Source of the DNA: Amoeboaphelidium protococcarum X5 | Lineage: Eukaryota > Fungi > Aphelidiomycota | Direction of reading: 5' to 3' | Length of the DNA stretch: 64,000 nt | Assembly (NCBI GenBank): GCA_023515725.1 | Contig: JALDTO010000300.1 | Coordinates: 22,380-86,379, forward strand | Shown: positions 26,345 to 38,450 of the stretch, one piece after another | How positions within the stretch are numbered: position 1 is the stretch's first letter | How the letters are laid out: the number at the start of each line of letters is the position of its first letter | Program-made: the position numbers and the translations under genes | Notes under the pieces: generated by a model | Seen by the model: the letters and a program-made list of their open reading frames with translations, nothing else | Told to the model about the DNA's origin: nothing | The model's database searches: none

Positions 26345-27829
26345 TCACCCTCGGCGTCTTCTTCTAGGACCAGGCATAGAGCTACATATACCAGAGTTTT
26401 TCTCTGTACTAGACAAGTGTCTCTTCAATGAGATGTTGAATCCAAAGTATGATCCACAAATCTCACATCTGAAATCAGACAATCCATGCTCATGGAATGA
26501 GTGAGAGCGCCATAATTCTTTAGATGGAAATTTTAAATCACACGATTAACACAGATAGTCATTTCCCACTTTTACGGCATTCAACGCCTGGTACGGCTAA
26601 GAATCCATAGGAGATGCGGATCGTTTGAGACTCTCAGAAGACAATACCGCGTTCATATCACTCAACTGCGATCCACTGACAGACCTCTAATGGTCGATTA
26701 TTGACTGATTCAAAATTTGCATACTTTAAATATGACTAGGCACTTATTATCCACGATCCTAAGGAGGTATAAAAGGTATTTGACTCATACTCTGCATTGG
26801 AGTTGAGGCATAACGAGGAAGAGGTACATATGCAGCATGGCTCATTTATGCATTGACGCGACCATGTCCAGTTCCAAATAGCAAATCATTACTTCTCGCT
26901 CCAAAATAAGAACTCTAAACTTGTATACTGTGTGAATCTATAAACATATCTTAACTAACGTTCTACTATGCGTGGTGATTAGTGGCCACATGCTAACGGC
27001 CACTCTTTGCATTTAAATTATCATCGCCAGATGTCTTTAGTGCCTAGCTAGACTTTGATGAGACACTGGCCTATGAAGTTTGTAAGGATGGGAATTCCAC
27101 GTGAGGGGACAGCATTGGCGGAGACATTAAAGTAGGAGATGAAACTAATTTATGTTAATTAGTCGCCGCCTACCCAGTAACATTGACTGCGCCGATTAGT
27201 TCAGAGATACTAGGAAGAGATTACGCTTTACTATACGTTGTCTTGTCACTCATGTGAGTATCAGTGCTCTACCGAGACAGCTACAGCATCATAGTCGCAG
27301 CATTATTATCTTCATTTTATGCAACATGAGGGTAGTACCTCGAGTGGTTGTACCTTGTGACTATAGGACTAGCCGTCGGAAATCTAGAAATCCCAGATAT
27401 TCTTGAATCCACAGAGTCTCCGGTATTAGCAGCCTTGAGCAGCGGTGGAAGAGAGTAAGTACCTGCAGCATCTGCAGACTTTACAGAATTCTATGTGTAC
27501 GGAGAGCGAGGCGATGTGGATGAGACAATGTCTGGCATTGATTAAACATCTGCAGCGATCCTCTTCCCGGCCGCCACTGTGGGATCGGCGTCAGTTTCCT
27601 TGCTCGCCATGCGGTCCCGTTCAAGCTGAAACATGGGCTCCCTAGTACTATCGCTATTATTATTAATGTTCTAAATAGTGGTAGTAGTAGTAGCAGTAGA
27701 GGATTTCTATTATTACTTGGATGATAATAATAATAATGAATGATTAGCCTCCGCTTACTCTCCTTTGTAAATATTAATATTATTCTTCTTCTTCTTCTCC
27801 TCCTCCTTCTCACTGCGGACAATGTCCAT
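26345..27829 (-). CDS. C2H2 zinc-finger transcription factor (two C-terminal fingers, long low-complexity N-terminus), ~494 aa
   Basis: YLCQSCDLKFPSKELWRSHSFHEH and FRCEICGSYFGFNISLKRHL, basic tail PRRRRRG-TGA; single open frame under table 6. Confidence 0.8.
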
Positions 27830-28037
27830 TGATGATGTCTGACAGAAATGGGGTCTCTATTTGATATTGTTGTTGTTGTTGTTCTTGTTGCTGTTGTTTA
27901 CACTCAAGATAAAAATAGCAAGCTCAGGACCCGGGAAGCAAAGAGTAGCTTGGTTGATTGACACTACGCATCTTAAAAGGTAACAGATGTAAACAAAAGG
28001 ATCGCGATTAATTTTCAAGCAGACTTAATACGATGTT

Positions 28038-28113
28038 AAATTTGACGTTCGTGTTCTAAAATGATTTCAAATTTGACGTTCTCACGTTTGGTGCGTTATC
28101 GCTTGACGTGACG
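28038..28113. promoter_or_regulatory. Tandem TGACGT (CRE-core) sites in a 13-bp direct repeat within the divergent promoter
   Basis: AAATTTGACGTTC at 28038-28050 and 28069-28081, plus TTGACGTGACG at ~28103. Confidence 0.45.
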
Positions 28114-28408
28114 ATGTTGCATAGTACTACTCTGTTGATTTCACATCAATTGTGCAAAATAATGTTGCAATTGTACTTTAATTACCTCGTCTGTAGTGCA
28201 GTGTGGTTGCCGTTGTTGCGTTTATAATTGATCTCAATCTCTAAAACACTCAAATCTTCCATTATATCGACTTTACGTCATTTCCTTTGATCAATCGCCT
28301 CCATCGTTCTCGTCGTTGTTTTCTTTTTCAGATTTCCTTTTGGCTTTTTAAGAGCAGTGCCGACCTGTCAGCCTGTTTAGTAGGTAATAGTAACGCTTAT
28401 TATATACG

Positions 28409-31400
28409 ATGGATGGTTCAGTTTATATAAACAATGATGCTTTTGCTGTTTACTCTTAGAAATAGTAGTCATAAGCTGCGGTATTTGAAGGAATTAAATA
28501 TTAAATTTGGCGATTCCTCTGCAGTTCTATTCATTATCTATCTCATAAAAGTGTCCATTGTCATGATAATGAGATGACTTTGCGGAATGCTGCTGTATGC
28601 GTGTCTCATTTGTGTATTGCTTTAGAGTTGCCTGATAAATAAAAGAATATGAATTTAGATAAAAGATTGAAATAGGATTATAAAGGTTCTTCTTATTTAG
28701 ATTGGTAGTTTATCAGTTCTGATGAGTTGTAAATGCGCATTGTTTCATCTGATGGTACGCTGTAGATTGCTTAGATTTCGATTAAATCTCTGCCAGATTG
28801 GAAAAAGTAAAAGGTGAATGCCTTCAAGTTACTGTGTGATAGAAATTGGATTGAGTAGTTTTAGTTTAAAGTTTCAGATATTTTATTGAATTCCACCAAT
28901 GGCGAACTTAGGTTATTCTTGAATGTTCATCCTGTGGTAGACACCAATGTTGATGGCGTGATATAGATTGGTTTCTTGGCATGTCGATTACTCTATCAAG
29001 ACCATTCATTTACTGTTTATAAGTAGAATATTAGATCTAAATAGAAGGATATTAATGTTGAGCGGTTTATCGGAGCTATCTAGCCATCTAATGCGGATGA
29101 TTCGGTGAATGATGTACTTTAGCACGATGAATTGGAGACATTTCTGCTGGACTTTTAAAAGCGCTCGCTGCAATGGATGCTGAGTAGAGAATTGGTCGTT
29201 GTTGACGACGATGGTCAGGTACAATAAAAAAAGCAGCTTATCGCGGACTATTCCTGGTGTCAGTATAACAATGCGTTTGTGCAAATGTAAACTGGTATTG
29301 TTTCTATCGGTGGACGTCCACAATGTGATTGTACAAAGTTTGGTGTTGGTGGAATTTTGGCTGAAGAGATGGGACTCGGTAAGACTATAATCACTCTAGC
29401 TCTTGTGCTCTGGCATAGAAGACCTGATGAAGGCGTGGAATAAGTGAATGCAACCTCTAATAGTAAAATCTACTCTGGCGCGACTCTGATCTTTGTGCCT
29501 TCATAAATCTTGTACTAATGGGTGGAAGAGATTGAGAAACATACTCCGACACTCAGATACGCGGTGTATGATGGCATAAAGTCTGATATGTCAGATCAGG
29601 ATTATGATGAGTATTTGCACCGAATATCCGAGATGGACATTGTGATTGCTTCTTATGACAATTGTGGTAGAGATTTGGCTAGAGCTCGTCCTGATAATGC
29701 GCGATCTAGGCGGCATGAAAGAAAGTATGATCGACCCAAGACCATCTTCACGGCCATCAGTTGGTGGCGTTTGGTTTGTGATGAAGCTCAAATGATTGAG
29801 AATTCATACTCTAATGCTGCCGAATTGACAAGTTATATAGAGCGGGTGAATACTTGGGCTGTTACTGGTACGCCATTTTAGAATCGATAGTCTTCTCTGA
29901 ATGATTTGAAAGGTGTTTATCGATATCTTGGCTTAACAGATCTGTTCAGTGCAGTCTGTCATGATGAAGACTCTCTTATCGAGGCGACTCGGTTTATAAT
30001 GCGGAGAAATGCCAAGTCTGCCGTGCAACAGGAACTCCATCTTCCCGATTAGATATCCCGTCAGTATATGCTGCATTTCGATGAGATTGAATCTGCGTAC
30101 TATGTCTCTCTTATCACTGAATTGAAGAAGCGTAATATCGTTACTGCAAGAAGTTCTGCTTCTGCGGATAACAGTGATGAGAACATTAACTTTAATGAAA
30201 AGAAATCTAATGAATTATATGGTTGGGTCTTGCGTTTACGCCAAACTTGTAGCCACTACTAAGCTGGAACTTAGAATAAGCGAATATTTGGCGAGACTTA
30301 CAAGACATTGGATGAAGCCTTGTAGATTATGCTTGAAGGTGAAAGAAGTGAAGTATTGAGTATGAAGCGATAGATTATTGCTTTTAAAGTCCGCTAAGGA
30401 ATGCTGCATGAAGTTTAGAAGGATTTTAACTCTTCCCTTGAGATCTACTTGCAATTGAGTTAGGATGCTGACTCTCAGATTTAATAGTTGTAATAGGATT
30501 TGATGTAACTGAAGTAGTTAAAGGCACGCGAGAAGAGATTGAGACTTGCAGATTAGAATGACAATGGAGATAATGTTGAAGATTCTTCAGACAGTGAAGC
30601 AGAACAGTTTGGTGATCTGACTAGATAAAAAGGAGAATTTGTTGGTGGTAGATAAAGTTAGGACTTTTATCATATGGCCTAAAAGAGGCTGTAGAGCTGG
30701 TAAATGTTGAATCATCAAATTCTGTATTGTATAGGCTCCGTCTACTTTTAAAAGTAGGAATTAGAAATTGATGAGTAACTGAAGAAGGAATCTCATCTAC
30801 TATCCGATAGCTATTATGATAAAGCTGAAGATCTTCGTAAGTCATTGACTCGCCGTGCTGAGATTAGGATATAGAAGTAAATAAAGTCTCTTGACTCCTA
30901 TTAGAAAGACAAGTCTATCTGTGATGACAAGGTGGCAGATTAGTTGAATTGCCCACCGCCGGTTATTGGTGGTGGATTATAGACACAACAAGTTTACGCG
31001 TATATCCTCATGGTTATCGAATGGTTGAATGATTAGGCTGTACAAATTTAGACATTTAGACAAAATTCTATAAAAGGAGCCTGTGATGGTCTTCATCAAA
31101 ACTATGCTGAGGATGCTGTGAATTAGGACCACGGTCATATGAATCAAGACTTTTATGCAGCATGTTTGAGTATAAGGAAGCAGATGGTTTCTGGTATAGT
31201 TTCTATCACGGAGAGACAGATTATGGCGCTAAATGATTCGGTTTAAATGAAGCAGATAGATTAACAGGAGGATACATCACCTGGTGTCTCGATTAAGCTA
31301 CCTGGTGAACTGCAATAACCACTTGAAGTAAATTTGCCTCTTTGCGTCAAGGAATTGAAGATTTTGAAATAGAGAGTGAACATTGCAGACGAGGAAAGAG

Positions 31401-32683
31401 AGATAATCAAGTAGCTCTTGGACTGCATTGCAGATATGCAGTAGACTCAATCGGAAGTTCTGTAGTTGTTAGAGGGAGAGGCTTCTCAGCTTTCTAAAAT
31501 TTGGAATCGAAGAATTCAATTTTATACAATTCTATAGAAGCTATCTGATTAGGTGGTGCTTCCTGTAGTTTCTGGCGAAGATGTCGCTCTGAGATGCTCA
31601 AACTAAATCAATGAAATTGCAATGTAAATTGAATAGGTGAATGATACCTTGCTTGGCCATCAAAGCAAGCTGAATTACCTCTAGAATCTTGTTGAATCGT
31701 CTGTCACTAATCTTAGTGCTCAATAGTCTGTTGGGAGTGGTGGCAGTGATAGATTGTGTGAGATTTGCCATGATCAATTGAGTGATGAACTAATGATTGC
31801 TCCATGTGGTCATATATTCCATAAAGAATGCTTATCTACTTGGCTAAAGATTAAGTTGCTATGCCCTCTTTGTAAGCGACGCATAATGCTGAGTGAAGTT
31901 AAGGAAGTCTCAGATTCCCAGCGATAGCTGACATCTCTTGGTATTGCGTCTTCTAACTCTAAGGCTTTCTAAATCATCGCGAAGGATAGTCAAGTACGCG
32001 ACTTATTAGACACTGTCAGGCGAGTGTCATTGAGGGGCTCATTCGGTACAAAAGTCAACATGATATCCAAGCACATTAAGCTCATCATAACCGAAAGTCC
32101 GGGTCAGAAGATTGTTCTATTTAGTCAGTGGGCGGATATATTGAACTTGTTCTAGACTGCGTTCTCATAAAATGATATCAAAGGACTCCGATTGGATCCA
32201 TCACTGCCCAAGAAGTAGAGATCTTTGGCGATTCAGTAATTCAAGGAGGATTACTCTTGTTATGTCCTAATGTTAAACTCGAGGAGCTAATCTTCTGGAC
32301 TTACTCTGACGTGTGCCACTCATGTGTTCATTGTTGAACCGAGCCTGAATCTGGCGATGGAGCAGTAGGCGCTCGCAAGAGTTCACCGCTTGGGTTAGAA
32401 GAATGTCACCCACGCGCATTACTACGTTATTAGTGATTCCATTGAAGAAGAGATTTTGCTAATGAGAGGCAATAGTTAGAGCGGTAGCAGTGTGAAATCT
32501 GAGAATGCGCAGAACAACAAAGAGGCTATAGATTAATCAGTAGCTGTGCGTCTTTTATAGAGAGAATTGGTACGACTCGATACTTAAGGCCGTGACAGCT
32601 CCATTTCCTCATCAAGATCTCAACTAAGTGAAGGACAACGATTACTACGTCTAGCAGCATCAGAATCAAGAAATTAGCAATGA
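28409..32683 (+). CDS. SHPRH/Irc20-like SNF2 helicase-RING E3 ubiquitin ligase, 1424 aa
   Basis: GGILAEEMGLGKT, WWRLVCDEAQM, WAVTGTP, LRLRQTCSH, RING CEIC..CGHIFHKECL..CPLCK, GSFGTKV, KIVLFSQW, GLTLTCATHVFIVEP, QALARVHRLGQ. Confidence 0.9.
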
Positions 32684-32787
32684 AAACATGTATAAATAAC
32701 AATAACAATTAAATCTAGATCCTCAATTAAACTCATGATATATACTATTTCAGGTGATGATGTTGTTGATATAACACATCGACCCAT

Positions 32788-33447
32788 TCAAGCCATGATT
32801 GCCGTCAAAATGATCAGCGCCGCAAATACAGCAATACCAACAACGAAAAATGATCCGACAATAACACCAATTACAGTGAGGATAGCCAGGATTGGGTAAA
32901 TGACAAGCCACTTGATGACTTACCAGATGGCTTTACCCACACCACGTTTCTACAGTTGGCCCGATTGATTACTGGCCATCAGAGATCTCTCCTGCTGTTC
33001 ATACTCGTTGAATTACGCGTCTAGTTCAGAGCACTGGGGATTCTATAAATTCTATTCAGAAGAACAAAACTATTTCAGCTACTACTTGGCCTATTTAACC
33101 AAGCCAGCAGATTTTCGAGCTTATCTAAATGAAATCTAATCAACATTAGTATTAGCAGTGCGTTAATCCAAAAGGAAACAGAATTCTTCTAATGATACTG
33201 CACCATCACCATTCACATCTAGGCCAGATAGCTGCGATTAATCTACTCCATACTGCTGCAGCGACGATAACTATTGCAATGGTATTAGCTACTAGCCATT
33301 AGCCATGCCATTAAACAGATTTTCACATAGGTCCATCAGCTTCGACTCCCCACCCATTACAGACAGCAGTGATCGGCTCTACGCGTCCTATGCACTGCTC
33401 AATACTGTCAATACAGCCAGAAGTATGGTCAATACTAGCAATCGCAT
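32788..33447 (-). CDS. Secreted prepro-protein: signal peptide, EF-hand, Kex2 site LQKR, C-terminal 51-aa hydrophobic peptide (219 aa)
   Basis: MRLLVLTILLAVLTVLSSA signal; DVNGDGAVSLEEF EF loop (33181-33219); ..GQLQKR|GVGKAIWQVIKWLVIYPILAILTVIGVIVGSFFVVGIAVFAALIILTAIMA-TGA. Absent from the standard-code ORF track. Confidence 0.8.
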
Positions 33448-33747
33448 ATTCATTAATTGAATAATCGGTAAATGACAATACAAAATCACTTAATAAATAA
33501 AGGGATGAATGACGCGCCATTTCTAGGCATTGTAATTCTCAGGGGTATGCTATGTTGAGTGGATGTTAAATCGTACCGCACACTCAGTAGAATGCGTTAA
33601 GTTGCAAAGTATGGTGTTACTATAGTTTGGAATTTACACTTAAAAATTAAAGGATATATTATCAATATTCAGGAACTATTCTTGAATTTAAAGTGATTAA
33701 TAAAATGATTATTATATCCGATATCTTGATCAAAACATTCACAAAGT

Positions 33748-34257
33748 TCACAATTTCTTATTGCCATGGTCATTAGTGGTGGTAACAGAAGCTTCAGCAG
33801 ACGGGTGGTGCTCGCCAGTATGAGAAGTCACAAACTACTTGGTGTCTTGAACAGCCTTCATAACAGCTTTAACCACGGCGCTCTGCTCAGTTCCACCTGC
33901 TTTAAGTTCTCCACTACCACTGCCACCACTTGGCACTACTCGCTGATAAGGCCCCACATTAAGACGCTGCTCCAGCGACAAGTTTCTACGCAACTCTTCA
34001 TACGCCATCCCGAGGGAGAATCCTAGAGCAAGTGGAATAGGGAAAAATCTTCTCCTAAACAGTAATACGCTGCTCACCAAGCCAACTCCAAGTCCGATGC
34101 CTCCATTCACAATACTCTTGGCAATGAAGATGTCATACGCTCGCTGCACTTGATTCTTATTTACAAGTTGCTTTTCTGTACTAGTTGTAGTAGAAGGAGT
34201 ACTCTTATCCTTGCTCAGATTTTATTATTACTAATTCTATTACACGGCGGCAGTCAT
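33748..34257 (-). CDS. MIC10: MICOS subunit Mic10 with N- and C-terminal extensions
   Basis: YDIFIAKSIVNGGIGLGVGLVSSVLLFRRRFFPIPLALGFSLGMAY: GxGxGxG TM motifs flanking the RRR loop. Confidence 0.88.
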
Positions 34258-34658
34258 ATTAACCTTTGATTTTAAATAATTATATCGTTATTGAGAACTT
34301 TCGGTAAGATGAAAAGGAGATGAGAGAGAGCAGTTGGGCGGTGACGGTTTGATGAAAAGTCTAGGTATCATGTCTATTTCTATTCGCAACTACAGCCTAT
34401 AAGTCAGCTTGCATCGTAGACCAATACCATCCAGCATGTCAAAGCTGCTAATATATCTGAACGCTCTACGACAAGCACTAATCAGGAATCGCGCTCCTCG
34501 CGGTCTGAAAAAGGACGATTGTAACAGGATATCCTTTATGAGAATACAGTATATCGTGATTGAGACATGTGAAACTGAGACTGTCACGTCAGAGTTATCT
34601 TAAAGCATTTATTTCTCTTTTCTGTGAAGTATTAAAAGCTTTAGCCGTAATCTATAGA

Positions 34659-35867
34659 ATGCGTATCGCACTAAATTATCTTGTTTTATTCACGATTGTC
34701 AGTGTATAGAAAGTCTTGTTAGCTAATCCTGCTGCTTCAAACCAACCGCGTGACTGTGATTACAATGCATTCAACGCTGCCGTGAAACAGACACCAGACG
34801 GTGTTGATGTTGTGACTATGAAAGCCCATTTCCCAGGATGCCTTAGTGAATCAGAATGGAATGAAGTAAACAAGGAAACACGCTTCTATTACATTGGTAA
34901 TGTGGAGGGTGTTGCGGCATCTGAGACGGTGGAATGGTACCCATATATTGATATTGAAACTGATGAAGGCGACGTTGAATTAAATCTTGTACCGGGTGAC
35001 TTTGCCATATTTCGGTATGAAGTGCGCTAAAAGCTAGGCGATGGTCAGTTTTCGAAAGTATACTCAGCGTTTGATCATAAAGAGCAGCAGTTGGTTGCTC
35101 TGAAAATCGCGTATTACGCAGAAGCCATTGATCAACTACGGAATGAGATTGCTATACTAGTAGACTTGAATCAGTTGTAGAATGGAGTATCGAACTCCAT
35201 TGGGTACGACCCCGGACTTCAATATATAACGCGACTATTGGACATGTTTGTCTGGAAAAGCAGTGAAGTTGCGGTCTATCCCATCTCGCTGCCAGTGGAC
35301 TAAGTGCTGCCCGTGGTAAATGCTCATTTATTTAAACAATGGACTTACGGTCTCATTATGGCTCTGAGATACATTCATGCTAAAGGTTATCAACACTGCG
35401 ATATCAAACCATAAAATCTGTTATTCGATCCTGTCACGTATCAACTAGTAGTCTCCGACCTTGGTAGCGCTGAAAAGTATGACAACGTAAACGCAAAGGA
35501 TAGTATCGGCGGCACTTTGGACTATGAGCCTCCAGAAGCCAATTAAAATGTTCTACATGAACGATTTGATGTCTATGCAATGGGTTTAACGCTGTTTGAT
35601 CTCGCCGTTCAGACGCATCCATCGGGATAGTATTTCCCGGGAGAAGCGAGACGATTCGGTAGTGGAGAATTCCTTCAAGATGCGTATGCCATATTGGAGT
35701 ACTTGCAAGAGAATGTGAAGCCTTAACTATTTTCTTAGAAAGAGTTGGTGCAACTTGCCATTATCATTGCCCATTGTATACGACACAATCCTCAGGAGCG
35801 TCCATCGTATGATCAGTTGTTGAATGTCGCGTTCACTCAAGGATTCCTCCAACTTGATGTTAATTGA
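34659..35867 (+). CDS. Signal-peptide-bearing, DYRK-derived protein kinase without TM segment, 402 aa
   Basis: MRIALNYLVLFTIVSVQKVLLA N-terminus; VPGDFAIFRYEVRQKLGDGQFSKVYSAFDHKEQQLVALKI; HCDIKPQNLL; SDLG; GGTLDYEPPE; DVYAMG; HNPQERPS. Confidence 0.85.
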
Positions 35868-36222
35868 ACCAAGATTCACATAATAATAAAGTTATTTAAT
35901 AAGGAGCCGAATCACAAGGCTGATAATCACATGGTCCCATATAAAAGTATGGGTGGCCCAATACTGTACCCTTGCGAGCAACAGTGTAAGTGTTACTGCT
36001 TGAGTAATCAACGAGTCCATTGTTTCCACTGCACCTGGGGCAGCTCTTCTCGCGTCCGATTTGATCATCTATATTGGCTCCCGCCACAGGCAGGCTTCAG
36101 CAACTTAAATGTTCTTGACACGTTTAAGAAAATGACACTAAAAACGTATGAATATGAAGTAGTATTATATTTGAAAAGGTAAAGAATGATATATGATACA
36201 TATAATGATAGTCAGTAATCAA

Positions 36223-38049
36223 TCATGGTTATCGCGAATTTTCTCCAAGCAAAAAGGTGGCAGCCCAGGTGGCAGCACTGAACAGTGAGCTCATGAATGA
36301 TGGCTCCTACTACTACTACTACTACTGTTATTACTATTACTATTATTATTGTACACGCCGCCGTTCTTGTGGAATTTATTGTGCACCTCCCACCTGTACC
36401 TTAGTACCGCTTTAGTAAGTTTAATAGCCATGAGAGGTGTTAGACGACGAGCTACTATTATTGCTACCGACAGAACTACGATGACCGTCAATTGCGCTTT
36501 TACCAGCGGCAGGTGTATCATGATTAAGTACAAAGTAATCTTCGGAATAATGTCCGCGCATGGATGGAGCAGTCCTGGCGTAATCATCAAATTCCACCAC
36601 TTCAACCTCTGAACTGAATCGGAGTTTATTCTTGACCACAGCCTGCGGGAATGTGAGTTGATTCTACTGGATACTGTCCATTTGATCTACTTATTGTACG
36701 GTAGTACGTTCACTAAAAGACACGCTTTTATCATCTTACGGCAATGCAGTCTGAAGCTACTTCATCTTTACTTCATCCATAGTATGACCACTAGCACTTG
36801 ATGTGGCTAATAGCTAGGTGGAAGTTGCAGGAAACTTTCGCGCCAATTTCATATCACTATCCAGCTTGAATCTCTTCAAATCTTCAATGACCGTCTTATA
36901 GGATCCCTTCTTCAGGGCGCTCTTCTTCACACCTGATGATGATGAGAAACTGCCAGTAGTGTGCTACTAAGAGTGTCCAAATTATCTCTGCTGCATCTAG
37001 ACATCTTTGAGAGGATCTACAAACTATATAGTCGGCGTTATACGAGTCTCCACTTGATCGCTATCAGATTGAGAAAATGAATCGGACATTACAGAGTTGA
37101 CAACATTCTCTTATTGAGGCTTCGTAGCAACTGGAGGCTGCGAAATCACCTAACCACACATCAACACTTGGGAGGTTGATGATCTTCTATGGTGGTTACT
37201 CTGCGCATCGCCGGCATGATATTCATGACTACCATTTCCTTCCACCTGCCTGATCAGTGGCCCATACAACCAAGTTATATCTTCATCCTTCTTCCATCGC
37301 ACGAATTCTGAATCTGGACGAATTTTACCGAGTCTATACTTGGTCTACAACCACTTTCTCCAAGTTGCATTCTCAAGACGGATACCTTCTGCGTACTTTT
37401 TGTATGAATTCAATGGAGGAGACGCTGTTCTGCGCGGTACAATATCGTCATCATCGTTACTCCGCACCTACTTCTATGACATCAGCATTATGGTGGCTGC
37501 TTGATCGCCTTGGCTGGTCGACCGCGGCCGAGATTTATTCCGACGCGACGCGGAATTTGAGCGCCTGATCGATCGTTATTTAGTCGTGGTAGTAGTATTA
37601 GTGGTGGTAGATGGCGATGTTGATAATGAGCCACCACCACCTGACGAGTTTAATGCCTCATCAGCATCTTTAGCATCTATAGTGTGCTTATGAACATTCT
37701 TTAGCCTTGTCACCAGGGACCAGCTGCTCTTCAAGTCCGGCTCATTCCATTCATGTGAAAAGTAGTCCACATTGTATCCCAAGGCTTGAGCATTTGTGCT
37801 CGTTGGGATGTGAGTCGATATCACTGCCACATTGCCAGCCATCATGTTTCCAGCACTATTTCCACGCAGCGAAGAGCTTTTTTTATCAATTGGAGATGTT
37901 TACTACCGAGACTAAGGTACCATTTATTACGCCGAAAGCTTAACACCATTTAGCTTTGAGTCATCATCGCCGGCTCTTCTGCTCTCATCGATGCGAGTGC
38001 TTGGCGCAGCAGAGACTGAAACAGCAATCTGTATCTATTCCTCAGTCAT
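36223..38049 (-). CDS. REG1: Reg1-like PP1 regulatory subunit (DUF1752-type), 608 aa
   Basis: NVDYFSHEWNEPDLKSSW, GIRLENATWRKW, WKKDEDITWLYGPL, RVxF-like KSVSF and KLRF. Confidence 0.82.
36307..36351 (-). repeat. PolyQ tract (Q15) mixing CAA/CAG with TAA/TAG codons
   Basis: In-frame CAA TAA TAA TAG TAA TAG TAA TAA CAG TAG TAG TAG TAG TAG TAG inside the Reg1-like CDS. Confidence 0.9.
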
Positions 38050-38450
38050 GCTATGGCGGATATACAATAATATAATGGATAATATGACTGCAATAATATT
38101 CCAACTCTTTTCACTACTATTTAGTGATTTAGCAAGATGTCAAGAATAAAGTAATATTAGCAACCAACCAACAATTGTTATCTCGAGTTTGTTAAATTTA
38201 GCAGCAAAAGTTGCAAAATGGTCGTCGCCTGACTCGTGAGAAACTTTCCAGCATCCGATCGATCAAACGGTCGATGAGCGAGAAAATTGAAATTTTGATC
38301 TCAGCCATATACTTGATGCCGTCTTTTACTGGAATAAGAGCGAAAGGTAGGCAAAGGTTTGTTTAAAATAATGATACTGTGATAAAATGTGCTATTATTC
38401 ATTCCAAAATTAGTTCACTCGCTAATGTGCCACCTTCTTCCGTAAATCGA

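Noticed and set aside
35896-36087. Small Cys-containing ORF between the secreted kinase and the Reg1-like gene
   Set aside because: No ATG start or signal peptide, an in-frame TGA just upstream, and under table 6 it would run into the kinase 3' end; probably convergent 3' UTR sequence.
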